A stretch of DNA of 32,000 bases from Streptomyces reniochalinae. GTDB lineage: Bacteria; Actinomycetota; Actinomycetes; Streptomycetales; Streptomycetaceae. The stretch covers positions 39,349 through 71,348 of the forward strand of contig NZ_QOIM01000039.1 of assembly GCF_003323735.1 (NCBI RefSeq), written 5' to 3'. The stretch's first letter is position 1; every line of letters begins with the position of its first letter. The notes beneath the pieces are model-generated. The model had not been told where the DNA came from. It saw only the letters and a list, made by a program, of their open reading frames with translations, and did not search any database. The position numbers and the translations under genes are program-made. Of this stretch, positions 1 to 11,942 are shown piece after piece.

Positions 1-762
1 ATGACTCTCACCAATATCGAGACAGAGCTTTGGCTGCGCCGATTCCACCCGGCCCCCGACGCCTCCACGCGTCTCGTCTGTTTTCCGCACGCCGGTGGTT
101 CAGCCTCCTTCTACTTCCCGGTGTCGAAGACTCTGTCGCCGGATGTGGACGTGCTGGCGGTCCAGTACCCCGGCCGCCAGGATCGGCGTAACGAGCCGGC
201 CGTCGAGAGCATCGGCGAGCTCGCCGACCTGATCGCCCCGATGCTGCGCCCGCTGACGGACCGGCCCGTGGCGTTCTTCGGGCACAGCATGGGCGCCGTG
301 ATCGCCTTCGAGGTGGCGCAGCGGCTGGAGCGCGACGGTGTGACGCCGTTCCTCCTCTTCGCGTCCGGCAGGCGCGCCCCGTCCGCCGTGCGCAGCGAGA
401 GCGTGCACCGGGAGAGCGACGACACACTCATCGCCGAACTCCAGCGGCTCAGCGGCACGGACGCCCGCATGCTCGGCGACGAGGAGGTGCTGCGCATGAT
501 CCTTCCGTCGCTGCGCAGCGACTACAAGGCGATCGAAACCTATCGGTGCACGCCGGGCGCCCGGGTCAGCTGCCCCATCGACGTACTCATCGGCGACAGC
601 GACCCGCACGCGAGTCTCGACGAGGCGGGAGCGTGGTCCGAGCACACCACGGGACCGTGCGACGTCGAGGTCTTCGACGGCGGTCACTTCTACCTCAACG
701 ACCACGCCGTGGCCGTGACGGACCGGGTGGCCCGGCGCATCTCCGCGCTGCGGGCGCCCTGA
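1..762 (+). CDS. Type II (discrete, editing-type) thioesterase, alpha/beta-hydrolase
   Basis: 253-aa ORF. Carries the RLVCFPHAGGSASFY N-terminal motif, the nucleophile elbow GHSMG (Ser codon 286-288) and the C-terminal GGHFYL His motif. Length and N-terminus are typical of a full-length PKS/NRPS-associated TEII. The ATG is at window position 1, so the upstream context is unseen. Confidence 0.9.
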   Translation: MTLTNIETELWLRRFHPAPDASTRLVCFPHAGGSASFYFPVSKTLSPDVDVLAVQYPGRQDRRNEPAVESIGELADLIAPMLRPLTDRPVAFFGHSMGAVIAFEVAQRLERDGVTPFLLFASGRRAPSAVRSESVHRESDDTLIAELQRLSGTDARMLGDEEVLRMILPSLRSDYKAIETYRCTPGARVSCPIDVLIGDSDPHASLDEAGAWSEHTTGPCDVEVFDGGHFYLNDHAVAVTDRVARRISALRAP

Positions 763-816
763 CGGCACCGGCGTTCGACCCGCATCCCTGACACTCGCGA
801 GGAGCACGAGGCGGAC

Positions 817-1008
817 ATGGCAGCGAGCGATTTCCCACCGGCCGAGGCTCCGCGTGTCGCCCTGAGGGAGGCCGAAGATCTCCGGGGCCGCGCCCTGTCG
901 TCCTCCAGCGCGTCGCGTGAGCAGGGCGGGTCGGTGAGTGACGGCGGGTTGTCCGTCTGCGGCGGTAACGAACTCCCGGATTCGGGCGACAAGGGGTTGG
1001 CATCCTGA
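817..1008 (+). CDS. Hypothetical 63-codon upstream ORF, possibly translationally coupled to PKS-1 (may be non-coding leader)
   Basis: ATG at 817 is preceded by GAGG with 5-nt spacing. Its TGA (1006-1008) overlaps the PKS-1 ATG (1008-1010) as TGATG. GC3 is about 79 % by hand count, lower than the flanking genes (above 90 %). The Ser/Gly/Asp-rich product has no motif I recognise. Confidence 0.2.
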   Translation: MAASDFPPAEAPRVALREAEDLRGRALSSSSASREQGGSVSDGGLSVCGGNELPDSGDKGLAS

Positions 1009-4000
1009 TGGCTGACGAGAACAGGCTCCGGGACTACTTGAAGCGTGTCTCGGGCGAACTGCACGACACACGCGAACAGTTGCGGCGGATCGAGGGGCGG
1101 GATCACGAGCCGGTCGCGATCGTCGGTATGGCCTGCCGCTACCCGGGCGGCGTCGGGTCGCCGGAGGACCTGTGGCAGCTGGTCGACGACGGTGTCGACG
1201 CGATCTCCGCGTTCCCGACGGACCGCGGCTGGGGCGAGGAGCTGTACCACCCGGACCCGGAGCACCCCGAGACGTCGTACACCCGAAGCGGTGGTTTCCT
1301 CTACGACGCGGGCGACTTCGACCCGGGGTTCTTCTCCATGTCCCCGCGTGAGGCGCTGGGCAGCGATCCGCAGCAGCGCCTGTTCCTGGAGACGTCGTGG
1401 GAGGCGTTCGAGCGGGCCGGCATCGATCCGGTGTCCATGCGGGGCAGCCGTACGGGTGTGTTCGTGGGCGTCATGTACCACGACTACGTACGCAGCGAGG
1501 CGCTCGGCAGCGTCGTCTCGGGCCGGGTCGCCTACACGCTGGACCTCAACGGGCCCGCCGTCTCCATCGACACCGCTTGCTCGTCGTCGCTGGTCGCGCT
1601 GCACCTGGCGGCGAACTCGCTGCGGCGCGGCGAGTGCTCGACCGCGTTGGCCGGTGGCGTGACGGTGATGGCGTCGCCTGGCACGTTCGTCGAGTTCAGC
1701 AGGCAGCGCGGGCTCTCGGCCGATGGCAGGTGCAAGTCGTTCGGCGCGGAGGCGGACGGTACGGGCTGGGCCGAGGGTGCCGGCGTGCTCGTGCTGGAGC
1801 GGCTCTCGGACGCGCGCCGCAACGGCCACCGGGTGCTGGCGGTGCTGCGCGGGAGCGCGGCGACCCAGGACGGCGCCAGCAACGGGCTGTCCGCCCCCAA
1901 CGGCCCGTCGCAGATGCGCGTGATCCGCCAGGCGCTCGCCGACGCCGGACTGTCGGCCTCCCAGGTCGATGTGGTCGAGGCGCACGGCACCGGCACCGTG
2001 CTCGGCGACCCGATCGAGGCGCAGGCGCTGCTGGCGACGTACGGCCAGGACCGTCCCGCGGGCCGCCCGCTGTGGTTGGGCTCGCTCAAGTCCAACATCG
2101 GCCACACGCAGGCGGCAGCCGGGGTGGGCGGCGTGATCAAGGCGGTCATGGCGATGCGCCGGGGGGTGCTGCCCCGCACGCTGCACGCGGCTCGGCCGTC
2201 CCCGCACGTGGACTGGTCGGCGGGCGAGGTGGAACTGCTCACCGAACCGAGGGAGTGGACCCGTGGCGACGGTCCGCGGCGGGCGGGCGTCTCCTCGTTC
2301 GGGTTCAGCGGGACCAACGCACACGTCATCATCGAGGAGGCGCCCCAGGAGGAGGTGCCCCAGGCGGAGCCGGAAGCGGAGGGCGGCGCGGCGGCTCCGC
2401 CCGTCGTGCCGTGGCTGCTGTCGGCGCGGACCTCGGACGCGCTGCCCGCCCAGGCCGACCGGCTGCTGAGCCGGCTGTCGGAACAGGACGCACCGGCCGA
2501 GGTGGTGGGCGCGGCACTCGCGACGACCCGCGCGGTCCTCGACCACCGTGCGGTGATATCGGGCGCGGACCGGGAGGAGTTGCTGGCCGGGCTGCGGGCG
2601 CTCGCGGCCGGCGACCGTCCCGCCAACGTGCTCACCGGTGGCGGGACGGCCGGAAAGCAGGCTTTCCTGTTCAGCGGCCAGGGGAGTCAGCGGCTGGGCA
2701 TGGGGCGCGGGCTCGCGGAGACGTTCCCCGCCTTCGCCGAGGCCCTGGACGAGGTGTGCCGCGCGCTCGACCCCCAGCTGCCGCACCCCGTACGCGCGGT
2801 GATGTGCGCCGAGCCGGGCTCCGAACGCGCCGCGGCGCTCGACGCAACCGGCATGACCCAGCCCGCGCTGTTCGCCTTCGAGGTGGCACTCTTCCGGCTG
2901 GCGACCGCGTTCGGGCTCGCCCCGGACATGCTGGCCGGTCACTCGATCGGCGAGATCGCGGCCGCGCATGTCGCCGGGGTGCTCTCGCTCGACGACGCGT
3001 GCACCCTGGTCGCCGCGCGCGCCCGCCTGATGCAGGAACTCCCCGGGGGCGGCGCGATGCTCGCGGTGGCCGCTGCCGAAGCGGACGTGCTGCCCCTGCT
3101 CGACGGCCGCGCCGGGGTCGGTGTGGCCGCGGTCAACGGGCCGGCCGCCGTGGTCCTGTCAGGGGCCGAGGGGGAGCTCGGCCGGATCGCGGCGCTGCTG
3201 GCCGAACGGTCCGTCAGGACCAGGGAACTCAAGGTCTCGCACGCGTTCCACTCGCCCCTGATGGACCCGATGCTGGACGCTTTCCGGCAGGTCGCGCAGT
3301 CCCTGACCTACCAGCAGCCGACCATCCCGATCATGTCCACAGCCGCCGAGCCGGTCACCGATCCCGAGTACTGGGTCGCCCACGTCCGCCGAACCGTCCG
3401 GTTCGCCGACATGGTGACCGCCGCGCGTACCGCGGGTGCCACGGTGTTCGTCGAGATCGGTCCTGACGGCGTGCTGACCGGCCTCGCCGAGCAGGTCTTC
3501 GATCACGCCGGGGACGACGCGGCGGTAGCCGTCCCGCTCGTGCGCAAGGACCGCGACGAGGCCACGTTCCTGATCGACGCGCTCGGCAGGCTCCACACCC
3601 ACGGCGTCCGCGTCGACTGGAAGACCTACTTCTCAGGCGTGTCCCTGGGCGACTTCGAACTGCCCACCTACGCGTTCCGGCGTCAGCGGTTCTGGCTCAC
3701 GCCTGACGCCGTACAGGCGTCCTCCTCACCCACCGAGGCGGACGACTCCGGCTTCTGGGCCGCTGTGGAGCGTGAGGACGCCGACGCGCTCGCCGCAACG
3801 CTGGGCATCGAGGACGGGTCACCGCTTCTCGGGGTGCTGCCGATGCTGTCCTCCTGGCGCCGCCGCCGGCAGGAACAGTCCGTCCTCGACACCTGGCGAT
3901 ACCGGGTCACGTGGAAGCCGCTCGCCCTCACCACGGCGGCCCCGAAGCTGACGGGTACGTGGTGGCTCGTGGCCGTCGCCGACGACGCGTTGGTGTCCGC

Positions 4001-7000
4001 CGCGACGACCGCGCTCACCGAACACGGCGCCGACGTGCGACTCCTCGAACTCGGTGACGAACTCGACCGCGACCAGGTCGCGCAGACCGTACGGCGCCAC
4101 GCCCTCGCGGCAGCGCCGACGGGCGTGCTGTCGCTCCTCGCCACGTCCGAGCGGGGGCCGGCCCGGACGCTTGCGCTGCTCCAGGCGCTCGGCGACGAGG
4201 AGGTCACCGCACCGGTGTGGCTGGCCACCCAAGGGGCGGAGTCGGTCGGTGGGAGCGATCCGCTGACGGCTCCCGCGCAGAGCGCGGTCGGCGGGCTGGG
4301 CCGGGTCTTCGCCCTGGAGCACGCCGACCGCTGGGGCGGGCTGGTGGATCTGCCGGAGACGGTCGACACCCGCGCCCGCACCCGCCTTGCCGCCGCACTG
4401 GCCGGAATCGACGACGAGGACCAGATCGCCGTCCGCGCGTCGGGGCTCTTCGCCCGCCGTCTGACGCGTGCGCCCCGCACGCCGCGCGGCACGGGCACAT
4501 GGCGCGCGCGCGACACCGCGCTGATCACCGGCGGTACCGGCGGTCTCGGCGCGCACGTGGCGCGCTGGCTCGCCGAGAGCGGCGCCGGACACCTCGTGCT
4601 GGCCGGCCGGCGCGGCGCCGGCGCACCGGGCGCGGCCGACCTCGCCGCCGAACTGGAGCGCACCGGTGTACGGGTGACCGTCGCGGCCTGCGACGTGGCC
4701 GACGCCGACGCGGTCTCCGCGCTGGTCCGCGAGATCGAGGCCGCCGGTGACGTGATCCGCTCGGTGTTCCACACGGCCGGCATACCGCACAGGAAGCGGC
4801 TCGACCTGCTAGGACCCGACGAGCTCGCGTTCGCCACCGCGGCCAAGCTCACTGGCGCCGCCGTGCTCGACGAGGTGTTCGCCGAGCGGGCGCTCGACGC
4901 ATTCGTGCTGTTCTCCTCGGGCGCGGGCGTGTGGGGGAGCGGCGACCAGGGCGCGTATGCCGCGGGCAACGCGTTCCTCGACGCGCTCGCCGCCAACCGC
5001 CGTGCCCGTCAGCTCCCCGGCACGGCCGTCGCCTGGGGCTTTTGGGCGGGATCCGGCATGACGACGTTCCTCGACGAGGACGAAGCGCGCCGCGGCGGCA
5101 TGCCGTTCATGGCACCGGACCGCGCCCTCCAGGGCCTGGCACAGGCACTGGCCGACGACGAGACGCACCTCGTCGTCGCCGACGTCGACTGGGACCGCTT
5201 CCACCCGCTGTTCACCTCCGCGCGGAACCGGCCGCTGATGGCCGACATCGACGAGGTGGCACGCGTCGTCACGGCGGCGTCCGCCACCGCGGCGGAGGAG
5301 GCCACGGCCCCGCTGCGCGCCCGGCTCCTCCCCCTGGGCGACCGCGACCGCGACCGGCTGCTCACCGACCTGGTCCGCGAGCAGGTCGCCACCGTGCTCG
5401 GCCACAGCGACCCCGCCGACGTCGAGGTGGACCGGGCCTTCCGGGACCTGGGCTTCGACTCGGTGTCGGCCGTCGAACTGCGCACCAGGCTCCAGGCCGC
5501 CACCGGAGCACGGGTGCCCACGACGGTCATCTTCGACCATCCGAACGTCAAGGCCGTCACCGCGCTGCTGGCCGGGCAGCTCCTCGGCGAGCGGGAGACG
5601 GCGGGCGACACCGGCCCTGAGACGACGCCGGCCGCCACAGATCCGATCGTCATCGTCGGCATGAGCTGCCGCACCCCCGGTGGGGTGCGCACCCCGGACG
5701 ACCTGTGGCGGCTGGTCGCGGACGGTACCGACGCGATCTCGCCCCTGCCCGAGGACCGCGGCTGGGACGTCGAGGGCGCCTACGACCCGGACCTTACGCG
5801 ACCGCAGACCACGTACGTGCGGGAGGGCGGTTTCGTCGGCGCGGCGGGCGACTTCGACGCGGGCTTCTTCGGGATCTCACCCCGCGAGGCGCTGGCGATG
5901 GACCCGCAGCAGCGGCTGCTGCTGGAGACCGCGTGGGAGGCGGTCGAAGCCGCGCGCATCGACCCGGGCTCGTTGCGCGGCAGCGATACCGGTGTGTTCG
6001 TCGGTACGGCCTACGAGCACTACGGGCGCGGCTCCGAACAGCTCTCCGAGGAGTCGATCGGCCACCTCATGACCGGGACGCTCGGCAGCGTCGTGTCCGG
6101 GCGCACGGCCTACGCGCTCGGCCTGGAGGGGCCGACGCTGACGGTGGACACGGCGTGCTCGTCCTCGCTGGTCGCGCTGCACCTGGCGGCCAACGCGCTG
6201 CGGCGCGGGGAGTGTTCGCTCGCGCTGGCGGGTGGCGTCACGGTCATGTCCACCATGCTCGGTTTCGTCGGGTTCAGCCGCCAGGGCGCGCTCTCCCGCG
6301 ACGGACGGTGCAAGTCCTTCGCCGCGGCGGCGGACGGGTTCGGGCTGTCGGAGGGCGTCGGCATGGTGGCGCTCGAACGGCTGTCGGACGCCCGGCGCAA
6401 CGGCCACCCCGTGCTGGCGGTGGTGCGCGGCTCCGCGGTCAACCAGGACGGTGCTTCGAACGGTCTGACCGCGCCGAACGGCCCCTCGCAGCAGCGGGTG
6501 ATCAGGGCCGCGCTCGCCGACGCCGGCCTGTCCACCTCGGACGTGGACACGGTGGAGGCGCACGGGACGGGAACGGCGCTCGGCGACCCGATCGAGGCCC
6601 AGGCCCTGCTCGCCACCTACGGCCAGGACCGCCCCGCGGACCGCCCGCTGTGGCTGGGGTCGGTCAAGTCCAACATCGGCCACTTGCAGTCCGCCGCGGG
6701 CATCGCGGGTGTGATCAAGATGGTGATGGCGATGCGGCACGGGGTGCTGCCCCCGACGCTGCACGTGGACGCGCCGTCACCGCACGTGGACTGGTCCCAG
6801 GGCGCCGTCGAGCTGCTCACCGAGGCCAGAGCGTGGGAGGACCACGGGAGGGCCCGCCGGGCGGCCGTGTCCTCCTTCGGTGTCTCCGGTACGAACGCGC
6901 ACATCATCCTCGAACAGGCGCCACCGGCCGCCGACGACGCCGACCCCCTCGACGTTCCGGTGGTGCCGTGGCTGATCAGCGCGGGAACCGCCGACGGAGT

Positions 7001-10000
7001 GTCAGGGCAGGCGGCGAAACTGCTGTCGCACCTGGACGGCGGCCTCGACGTGGCGGCCGTGGGCGCCGCGCTGGCGGCGACGCGCGGGGCGCTGGAACAC
7101 CGCGCCGCCGTGGTCGGTCGTGACCGCGCCGAGCTGGTCGCGGGGCTCGAAGTGCTCTCGGCGGGGCAGACGGCCCCCGGTGTCGTGCGGGGCACCGCGG
7201 CGGCGGACCGCAGGGTGGCGATGCTCTTCGCCGGGCAGGGAAGCCAGCTGCCGGGCATGGGCCGTGCCCTGTCCGCCGCGTTCCCGGTGTTCGCGGACGC
7301 GCTGGAGGAGGTCTGCGAGGCTCTGGACCCGCTACTGCCCCGGCCGGTGCGGGAGGTGATGTTCGGCGACGGCGCCGCTCTCGACGAGACGGGCATGACC
7401 CAACCGGCCCTGTTCGCGTACGAGGTCGCGCTCTACCGGCTGCTGACCTCGTTCGGTGTGGTCCCCGACGTGCTGGTGGGGCACTCGATAGGTGAGATCG
7501 CCGCCGCGCACGTGGCGGGCGTGTTCCCGCTGGAGAGCGCGTGCGCCCTGGTTGCCGCGAGGGCGCGGCTGATGCAGGCGTTGCCCGCCGACGGGGCGAT
7601 GCTGGCTGTCGCCGTGTCCGAGGCGGAGGTGACTCCGCTGCTGGACGAGCGGGTCGGCATCGCGGCGGTCAACGGCCCGGACGCGGTGGTGGTCTCGGGC
7701 GCCGGGGACGCGGTGGACGCGATCGCCGCGGTGCTGGCCGAGCGCGGTGTGCGGACCAAACGGCTGCGGGTCTCTCACGCCTTCCACTCGCCGCTGATGG
7801 AGCCGATGGCCGACGAGTTCCGGTTGGTCGCCAAGGGGCTCACCTACCACGAGCCGTCGATTCCGCTGGTGTCGAACGTGACAGGGCGCCCGGCCACCGA
7901 GGGCCTGCTCACTGACCCCGAGTACTGGGTCACGCACGTGCGCCAGGCGGTGCGGTTCGCCGACGGCGTCACAGCGGCCGACGCCTCCGTCCTCGTCGAG
8001 GTCGGCCCCGACGGAGCCCTGACCGGTCTCGCTCAGCACAGCCTGGATCCGACCGCGGTGACCGTCCCCGCCGCGCGCAAGGACCGCGACGAGGACCAGG
8101 CGTTCGTCGAGGCGCTCGCCACTCTCCACACGAGCGGTGTCCCCATCGACTGGGCCGGCTACTTCGGACAGCCGGCCCACCACGTGGACCTGCCCACGTA
8201 CGCCTTCGCGCACCAGCGGTACTGGCTGCCCAGCCCTGGCCGTTCGGCGGGCGACGTGGCCACGGTCGGCCTGGAGACCCCGGCCCACCCGCTGCTCGGC
8301 GCCACCGTCACCCTCGCCGACGGCGGTGTCGTACTGACCGGCAGGCTCTCCCGGGGCACGCACGCGTGGCTGGCCGAGCACGAGATCGGTGGGCAGGTGC
8401 TGGTGCCGGGCACCGCGTTCGTCGAACTGGCCGTGCGCGCCGGTGACGAGGTGGGCTGCGCCACCGTCGAAGAGCTGACGATCGAGTCGCCGCTCGTGCT
8501 GCCCGAACGCGGCAGCGTGCAGGTGCAGGTGGCCGTCGAAGCGCCCGTCGAGGGCAGGCGGGCACTCGGCGTCCACTCACGGGGAGGCGACACCGAGCCG
8601 TGGACGCGGCACGCCACCGGGTCGCTCGTGGCGGACACCCCTGCCCCGGTGCCGGACGACCGCCGCTGGCCGCCGGAGGGCGCGGAGCGGGTGGACGTCA
8701 CGGGCGTCTACGACTGGTTCGGCGGTATCGGGATGCGTTACGGGCCGACGTTCCAGGGGCTCACAGCGGCCTGGCGGCACGACGGGTGCCTCTACGCCGA
8801 GGTCGCTTTGAGCGAGGGCACCGAAGGCACCGACAGGTTCGGCCTGCACCCCGCCCTGCTGGACGCCGCACTGCACGTGATCGCGCTGGACACGGCGGGC
8901 GACACCGGACCACGTGTGCCGTTCAGCTGGACGGGGGTGCGGCTGCACGCCACGGGCGCGACGTCCCTCCGCGTGCGGCTGGCCGACGCCGGAAACGGCG
9001 CGTACGCGGTCACGGTCACCGATCCCGCCGGAACGCCCGTCGCGGACGTCGAGTCACTCGTGATGCGCCCGCTGCCGGTGCGCCCGAGCGCTGCGGCCAC
9101 CGGCACGGACTCGATGTACGCCCTGCGGTGGGAGCCGGTCCACGTCGCGGACGAGGACGCCGCCGAGCCGGTGTGCGTCGAGCCCGACGGCCTGGCCGCG
9201 CTCGCCGAGAACGAGGACGTTCCCGCGCTGGTCGCCGTCGAACTGGTCGCGCCGCACGAGGTGACCGATCTCGCCGGCGCGGTCGGTGAGGCCACCTGCC
9301 GGGTGCTGGAGCTGGTGCGCACCTGGCTGGCCGAGACCCGGTTCGCCTCCTGTCGCCTCGCCCTCGTCACGCGCGGCGCCGTCGCGGTCGGTGGCGCGCA
9401 GGACGACCTGGTCAACGCGGCCGCCTGGGGGCTGGTCAGGTCGGCGCAGGCGGAGAACCCCGACCGCCTGGTCCTCGTCGACATCGACGACGAGCCCGCT
9501 TCCCGTGCCGTGCTCCCCGCGGCACTGGCCACCGGTCGGGAACAGCTGGCCGTGCGGGCGGGCACCGTGCACGTGCCACGACTGGCCGGATTCGGCACGG
9601 GACGGGACGACGGGCTGCTGCCGCCCGCCGGCGCGGAGAACTGGCGGCTGGACGTCAGCAGCCGCGGCACCGTGGACAACCTGGTCCTGGCGCCGGCCGA
9701 GGACGGCGGGCCGTTGGAGCCAGGCGAGGTCAGGGTCGAGGTGCGCGCCGTCGGTCTGAACTTCCGTGACGTGCTGGTCGCGCTGGACATGTACCCCGGT
9801 GACACCCCGATGGGCGGCGAGGGCGCCGGCGTCGTCGTTCAGGTGGCTGAGGACGTGGCCCACCTCGCGCCCGGCGACCGGGTCATGGGCATCTTCCTCA
9901 GCGGGTCGGCCAAGACCTCGGTGACCAGCGCCGACCGGCTGGTGCGCATCCCGGACGCCTGGTCGTTCACCGACGCGGCCTCCGTGCCGATGGCCTTCGC

Positions 10001-11918
10001 CACCGCGTACCACGCCCTGGTCGACCTGGCCGGGCTCACCGCGGGGGAGTCGGTGCTCGTGCACGCCGCCGCCGGCGGTGTCGGCATGGCCGCCGTGCAG
10101 ATCGCCGCGCACCTCGGGGCCGAGGTCTACGGCACCGCGAGCCAGGGCAAGCAGGACGTGCTGCGCGGCAACGGCCTCGCGGACCGGCGGATCGCGTCCT
10201 CGCGCACGCTCGACTTCGCGGACACCTTCGACGCCGCGTCCGGCGGCCGGGGCGTCGACGTGGTGCTCAACTCGCTCGCCGGAGACTTCATCGACGCCTC
10301 CCTGCGCCTGATGCCACGCGGCGGACGTTTCATCGAGATGGGCAAGGCCGACGTGCGCGACCCCGATGCCGTGGCACGAGCACAGCCCGGTGTCGAGTAC
10401 CAGAGCTTCGACCTGGCCGCGCTGCCCGGACAGCGGGTGGGGGAGATCCTCGGCGAGATCGTGTCCCTGTTCGACGAGGGGGCGTTGACGCTGCTGCCCG
10501 TCGAGACCTGGGACGTGCGCAGGGCGCGGGACGCCTTCCGGCACATCGCTCAGGCGCAGCACATCGGCAAGGTCGTGCTGACCATGCCGCGTGCGCTCGA
10601 CCCGGAAGGAACCGTGCTCGTCACCGGCGGCACCGGCGCCCTCGGCGCGCTGGCCGCGCGCCACCTCGTGACGGAACACGGTGTGCGTCACCTCGTGCTG
10701 ACGAGTCGCCGCGGCCCTGCCGGCGAGGGCGCCGCCGCGCTACGGGAGGAGCTGACCGCGCTCGGCGCCTCGGTCCGGGTCCTGGCCTGCGACGCGGCCG
10801 ACCGGGCCGCACTCGCCGGCGTGCTCTCGGACATCCCCAGCGAGCACCCGCTCACCGGCGTCGTGCACACCGCGGGGGTGCTGGCCGACGGCGTCGTCGC
10901 TGCGATGACCCCCGAACAGGTCGCACGCGTGCTGCGGCCGAAGGTGGACGCGGCGGTCAATCTGCACGAGCTGACCCGGGACACGGACCTCGCCGCGTTC
11001 GTCCTCTACTCAGGAGCGGCCGGCGTGCTGGGCAACGCCGGACAGGGCAACTACGCCGCCGCCAACACCTTCCTCGACGCCCTCGCCCGCCACCGGCACG
11101 CCGCGGGGCGCGCCGCCACCTCGCTGGCGTGGGGCCTGTGGGAGCAGGCACCCGGCACCGGCATCACCGGACACCTCGACGAGACGGACCTGCGCAGGCT
11201 GCGGCGGGGTGGCTTCGGCGCCCTGTCCGCGGAAGCGGGTCTGGCGCTGCTCGACGTCGCGCTCTCGTCCGACGAGGCGGCTCTCGTACCGATCCGGCTC
11301 GACCTCGCGGCCATGGGAGCGGCGGGGGTTCCCCCGCTGTTCAGCGGGCTCGTACGTACGCCCTCGCGGCGGGTGCTGAACTCCGGCGCGAGGGCGGCCG
11401 AGTCCCTCGCCGAACGGCTCGCCGCACTCCCGGAAGCCGAGCTGCAACCCGCCGTACTGGACCTGGTCCGCGGGCATGTGGCCGCCGTGCTCGGCTTCCC
11501 GGGCCCGGAATCCGTCGATCCGGGCCACGCCTTCAACGAGATCGGCTTCGACTCGCTGACCTCCGTGGAGTTCCGCAACCGGCTCATGGCCGCCACCGGG
11601 CTCCGGCTGCCCGCGACGCTCGTCTTCGACCATCCGACCCCCGAGGTGCTGGCCGCCCACCTGCTCGCCGAGATCGCGCCACCCACACGCACCCCCGAGG
11701 AGCGGCTGCTCGCCGAACTCGACCGGATCGAGGCGGCGCTCGCCGCCGCGGCGGCCGACGGCGGAAGCCCCGACCGGGTCACGGCGCGGTTGCAGCAGTT
11801 GTCGTCCAGCTGGCGCAAGCAGACGCGGGCCGCGGAGTCCGACGTCTCCGGGCAGTTGGAGAACGCCAGCGCGGACGAGGTACTCACGTTCATCGACAGC
11901 GAGCTCGGCCTCGCCTGA
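1008..11918 (+). CDS. Modular type I polyketide synthase, two extension modules (KS-AT-KR-ACP, KS-AT-DH-ER-KR-ACP)
   Basis: 3636-aa ORF with very high GC3. It has an N-terminal coiled-coil docking helix (residues 1-33, [19 protein letters not shown]), two complete modules (see module features) and a C-terminal docking tail ([15 protein letters not shown]). The KS is Cys-type, not KSQ, and there is no loading didomain. Confidence 0.97.
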   Translation: MADENRLRDYLKRVSGELHDTREQLRRIEGRDHEPVAIVGMACRYPGGVGSPEDLWQLVDDGVDAISAFPTDRGWGEELYHPDPEHPETSYTRSGGFLYDAGDFDPGFFSMSPREALGSDPQQRLFLETSWEAFERAGIDPVSMRGSRTGVFVGVMYHDYVRSEALGSVVSGRVAYTLDLNGPAVSIDTACSSSLVALHLAANSLRRGECSTALAGGVTVMASPGTFVEFSRQRGLSADGRCKSFGAEADGTGWAEGAGVLVLERLSDARRNGHRVLAVLRGSAATQDGASNGLSAPNGPSQMRVIRQALADAGLSASQVDVVEAHGTGTVLGDPIEAQALLATYGQDRPAGRPLWLGSLKSNIGHTQAAAGVGGVIKAVMAMRRGVLPRTLHAARPSPHVDWSAGEVELLTEPREWTRGDGPRRAGVSSFGFSGTNAHVIIEEAPQEEVPQAEPEAEGGAAAPPVVPWLLSARTSDALPAQADRLLSRLSEQDAPAEVVGAALATTRAVLDHRAVISGADREELLAGLRALAAGDRPANVLTGGGTAGKQAFLFSGQGSQRLGMGRGLAETFPAFAEALDEVCRALDPQLPHPVRAVMCAEPGSERAAALDATGMTQPALFAFEVALFRLATAFGLAPDMLAGHSIGEIAAAHVAGVLSLDDACTLVAARARLMQELPGGGAMLAVAAAEADVLPLLDGRAGVGVAAVNGPAAVVLSGAEGELGRIAALLAERSVRTRELKVSHAFHSPLMDPMLDAFRQVAQSLTYQQPTIPIMSTAAEPVTDPEYWVAHVRRTVRFADMVTAARTAGATVFVEIGPDGVLTGLAEQVFDHAGDDAAVAVPLVRKDRDEATFLIDALGRLHTHGVRVDWKTYFSGVSLGDFELPTYAFRRQRFWLTPDAVQASSSPTEADDSGFWAAVEREDADALAATLGIEDGSPLLGVLPMLSSWRRRRQEQSVLDTWRYRVTWKPLALTTAAPKLTGTWWLVAVADDALVSAATTALTEHGADVRLLELGDELDRDQVAQTVRRHALAAAPTGVLSLLATSERGPARTLALLQALGDEEVTAPVWLATQGAESVGGSDPLTAPAQSAVGGLGRVFALEHADRWGGLVDLPETVDTRARTRLAAALAGIDDEDQIAVRASGLFARRLTRAPRTPRGTGTWRARDTALITGGTGGLGAHVARWLAESGAGHLVLAGRRGAGAPGAADLAAELERTGVRVTVAACDVADADAVSALVREIEAAGDVIRSVFHTAGIPHRKRLDLLGPDELAFATAAKLTGAAVLDEVFAERALDAFVLFSSGAGVWGSGDQGAYAAGNAFLDALAANRRARQLPGTAVAWGFWAGSGMTTFLDEDEARRGGMPFMAPDRALQGLAQALADDETHLVVADVDWDRFHPLFTSARNRPLMADIDEVARVVTAASATAAEEATAPLRARLLPLGDRDRDRLLTDLVREQVATVLGHSDPADVEVDRAFRDLGFDSVSAVELRTRLQAATGARVPTTVIFDHPNVKAVTALLAGQLLGERETAGDTGPETTPAATDPIVIVGMSCRTPGGVRTPDDLWRLVADGTDAISPLPEDRGWDVEGAYDPDLTRPQTTYVREGGFVGAAGDFDAGFFGISPREALAMDPQQRLLLETAWEAVEAARIDPGSLRGSDTGVFVGTAYEHYGRGSEQLSEESIGHLMTGTLGSVVSGRTAYALGLEGPTLTVDTACSSSLVALHLAANALRRGECSLALAGGVTVMSTMLGFVGFSRQGALSRDGRCKSFAAAADGFGLSEGVGMVALERLSDARRNGHPVLAVVRGSAVNQDGASNGLTAPNGPSQQRVIRAALADAGLSTSDVDTVEAHGTGTALGDPIEAQALLATYGQDRPADRPLWLGSVKSNIGHLQSAAGIAGVIKMVMAMRHGVLPPTLHVDAPSPHVDWSQGAVELLTEARAWEDHGRARRAAVSSFGVSGTNAHIILEQAPPAADDADPLDVPVVPWLISAGTADGVSGQAAKLLSHLDGGLDVAAVGAALAATRGALEHRAAVVGRDRAELVAGLEVLSAGQTAPGVVRGTAAADRRVAMLFAGQGSQLPGMGRALSAAFPVFADALEEVCEALDPLLPRPVREVMFGDGAALDETGMTQPALFAYEVALYRLLTSFGVVPDVLVGHSIGEIAAAHVAGVFPLESACALVAARARLMQALPADGAMLAVAVSEAEVTPLLDERVGIAAVNGPDAVVVSGAGDAVDAIAAVLAERGVRTKRLRVSHAFHSPLMEPMADEFRLVAKGLTYHEPSIPLVSNVTGRPATEGLLTDPEYWVTHVRQAVRFADGVTAADASVLVEVGPDGALTGLAQHSLDPTAVTVPAARKDRDEDQAFVEALATLHTSGVPIDWAGYFGQPAHHVDLPTYAFAHQRYWLPSPGRSAGDVATVGLETPAHPLLGATVTLADGGVVLTGRLSRGTHAWLAEHEIGGQVLVPGTAFVELAVRAGDEVGCATVEELTIESPLVLPERGSVQVQVAVEAPVEGRRALGVHSRGGDTEPWTRHATGSLVADTPAPVPDDRRWPPEGAERVDVTGVYDWFGGIGMRYGPTFQGLTAAWRHDGCLYAEVALSEGTEGTDRFGLHPALLDAALHVIALDTAGDTGPRVPFSWTGVRLHATGATSLRVRLADAGNGAYAVTVTDPAGTPVADVESLVMRPLPVRPSAAATGTDSMYALRWEPVHVADEDAAEPVCVEPDGLAALAENEDVPALVAVELVAPHEVTDLAGAVGEATCRVLELVRTWLAETRFASCRLALVTRGAVAVGGAQDDLVNAAAWGLVRSAQAENPDRLVLVDIDDEPASRAVLPAALATGREQLAVRAGTVHVPRLAGFGTGRDDGLLPPAGAENWRLDVSSRGTVDNLVLAPAEDGGPLEPGEVRVEVRAVGLNFRDVLVALDMYPGDTPMGGEGAGVVVQVAEDVAHLAPGDRVMGIFLSGSAKTSVTSADRLVRIPDAWSFTDAASVPMAFATAYHALVDLAGLTAGESVLVHAAAGGVGMAAVQIAAHLGAEVYGTASQGKQDVLRGNGLADRRIASSRTLDFADTFDAASGGRGVDVVLNSLAGDFIDASLRLMPRGGRFIEMGKADVRDPDAVARAQPGVEYQSFDLAALPGQRVGEILGEIVSLFDEGALTLLPVETWDVRRARDAFRHIAQAQHIGKVVLTMPRALDPEGTVLVTGGTGALGALAARHLVTEHGVRHLVLTSRRGPAGEGAAALREELTALGASVRVLACDAADRAALAGVLSDIPSEHPLTGVVHTAGVLADGVVAAMTPEQVARVLRPKVDAAVNLHELTRDTDLAAFVLYSGAAGVLGNAGQGNYAAANTFLDALARHRHAAGRAATSLAWGLWEQAPGTGITGHLDETDLRRLRRGGFGALSAEAGLALLDVALSSDEAALVPIRLDLAAMGAAGVPPLFSGLVRTPSRRVLNSGARAAESLAERLAALPEAELQPAVLDLVRGHVAAVLGFPGPESVDPGHAFNEIGFDSLTSVEFRNRLMAATGLRLPATLVFDHPTPEVLAAHLLAEIAPPTRTPEERLLAELDRIEAALAAAAADGGSPDRVTARLQQLSSSWRKQTRAAESDVSGQLENASADEVLTFIDSELGLA
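1107..5585 (+). other. PKS-1 module A: KS-AT(malonyl-type)-KR-ACP
   Basis: KS approx 1107-2340 (DTACSSS with Cys codon 1578-1580; EAHGTGT; [12 protein letters not shown]). AT approx 2660-3630 (GHSIGE with Ser codon 2943-2945; HAFH 3240-3251; [15 protein letters not shown]). KR approx 3890-5215 (TGGTGGLG 4527-4550; the K, S and Y signatures AAKLTG, FSSGAG and [13 protein letters not shown] are present). ACP approx 5355-5585 (LGFDS, Ser codon 5460-5462). Domain borders are approximate and were set by eye. Confidence 0.9.
5640..11680 (+). other. PKS-1 module B: KS-AT(malonyl-type)-DH-ER-KR-ACP (full reduction)
   Basis: KS approx 5640-6920 (Cys codon 6156-6158). AT approx 7220-8160 (GHSIGE with Ser codon 7485-7487; HAFH 7776-7787). 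DH approx 8285-9090 ([10 protein letters not shown] with His codon 8379-8381; GMRYGPTF; VPFSW; [10 protein letters not shown]). ER approx 9640-10590 (LNFRDVL; HAAAGGVG approx 10062-10085). KR catalytic part approx 10600-11150 (TGGTGALG; LAD 10881-10889 at the LDD position; [13 protein letters not shown]). ACP approx 11455-11680 (IGFDS, Ser codon 11553-11555). Confidence 0.9.
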
Positions 11919-11942
11919 CCGTAGGAGAAGGGGTAGCCGCAG

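Noticed and set aside
690-2969. Long antisense and alternate-frame ORFs inside the PKS genes. Examples: 690-2969 (-) 759 aa, 1397-3466 (+) 689 aa, 3683-4996 (-), 9054-10691 (-), 11010-13166 (-) 718 aa, 14564-17356 (+) 930 aa, 15513-17450 (-) 645 aa.
   Set aside because: These are typical shadow ORFs of about 73 % GC DNA. Their products are Arg/Pro/Ala/Gly-rich and low-complexity, with no motifs. They fully overlap frames that encode unmistakable KS/AT/DH/ER/KR/ACP domains.
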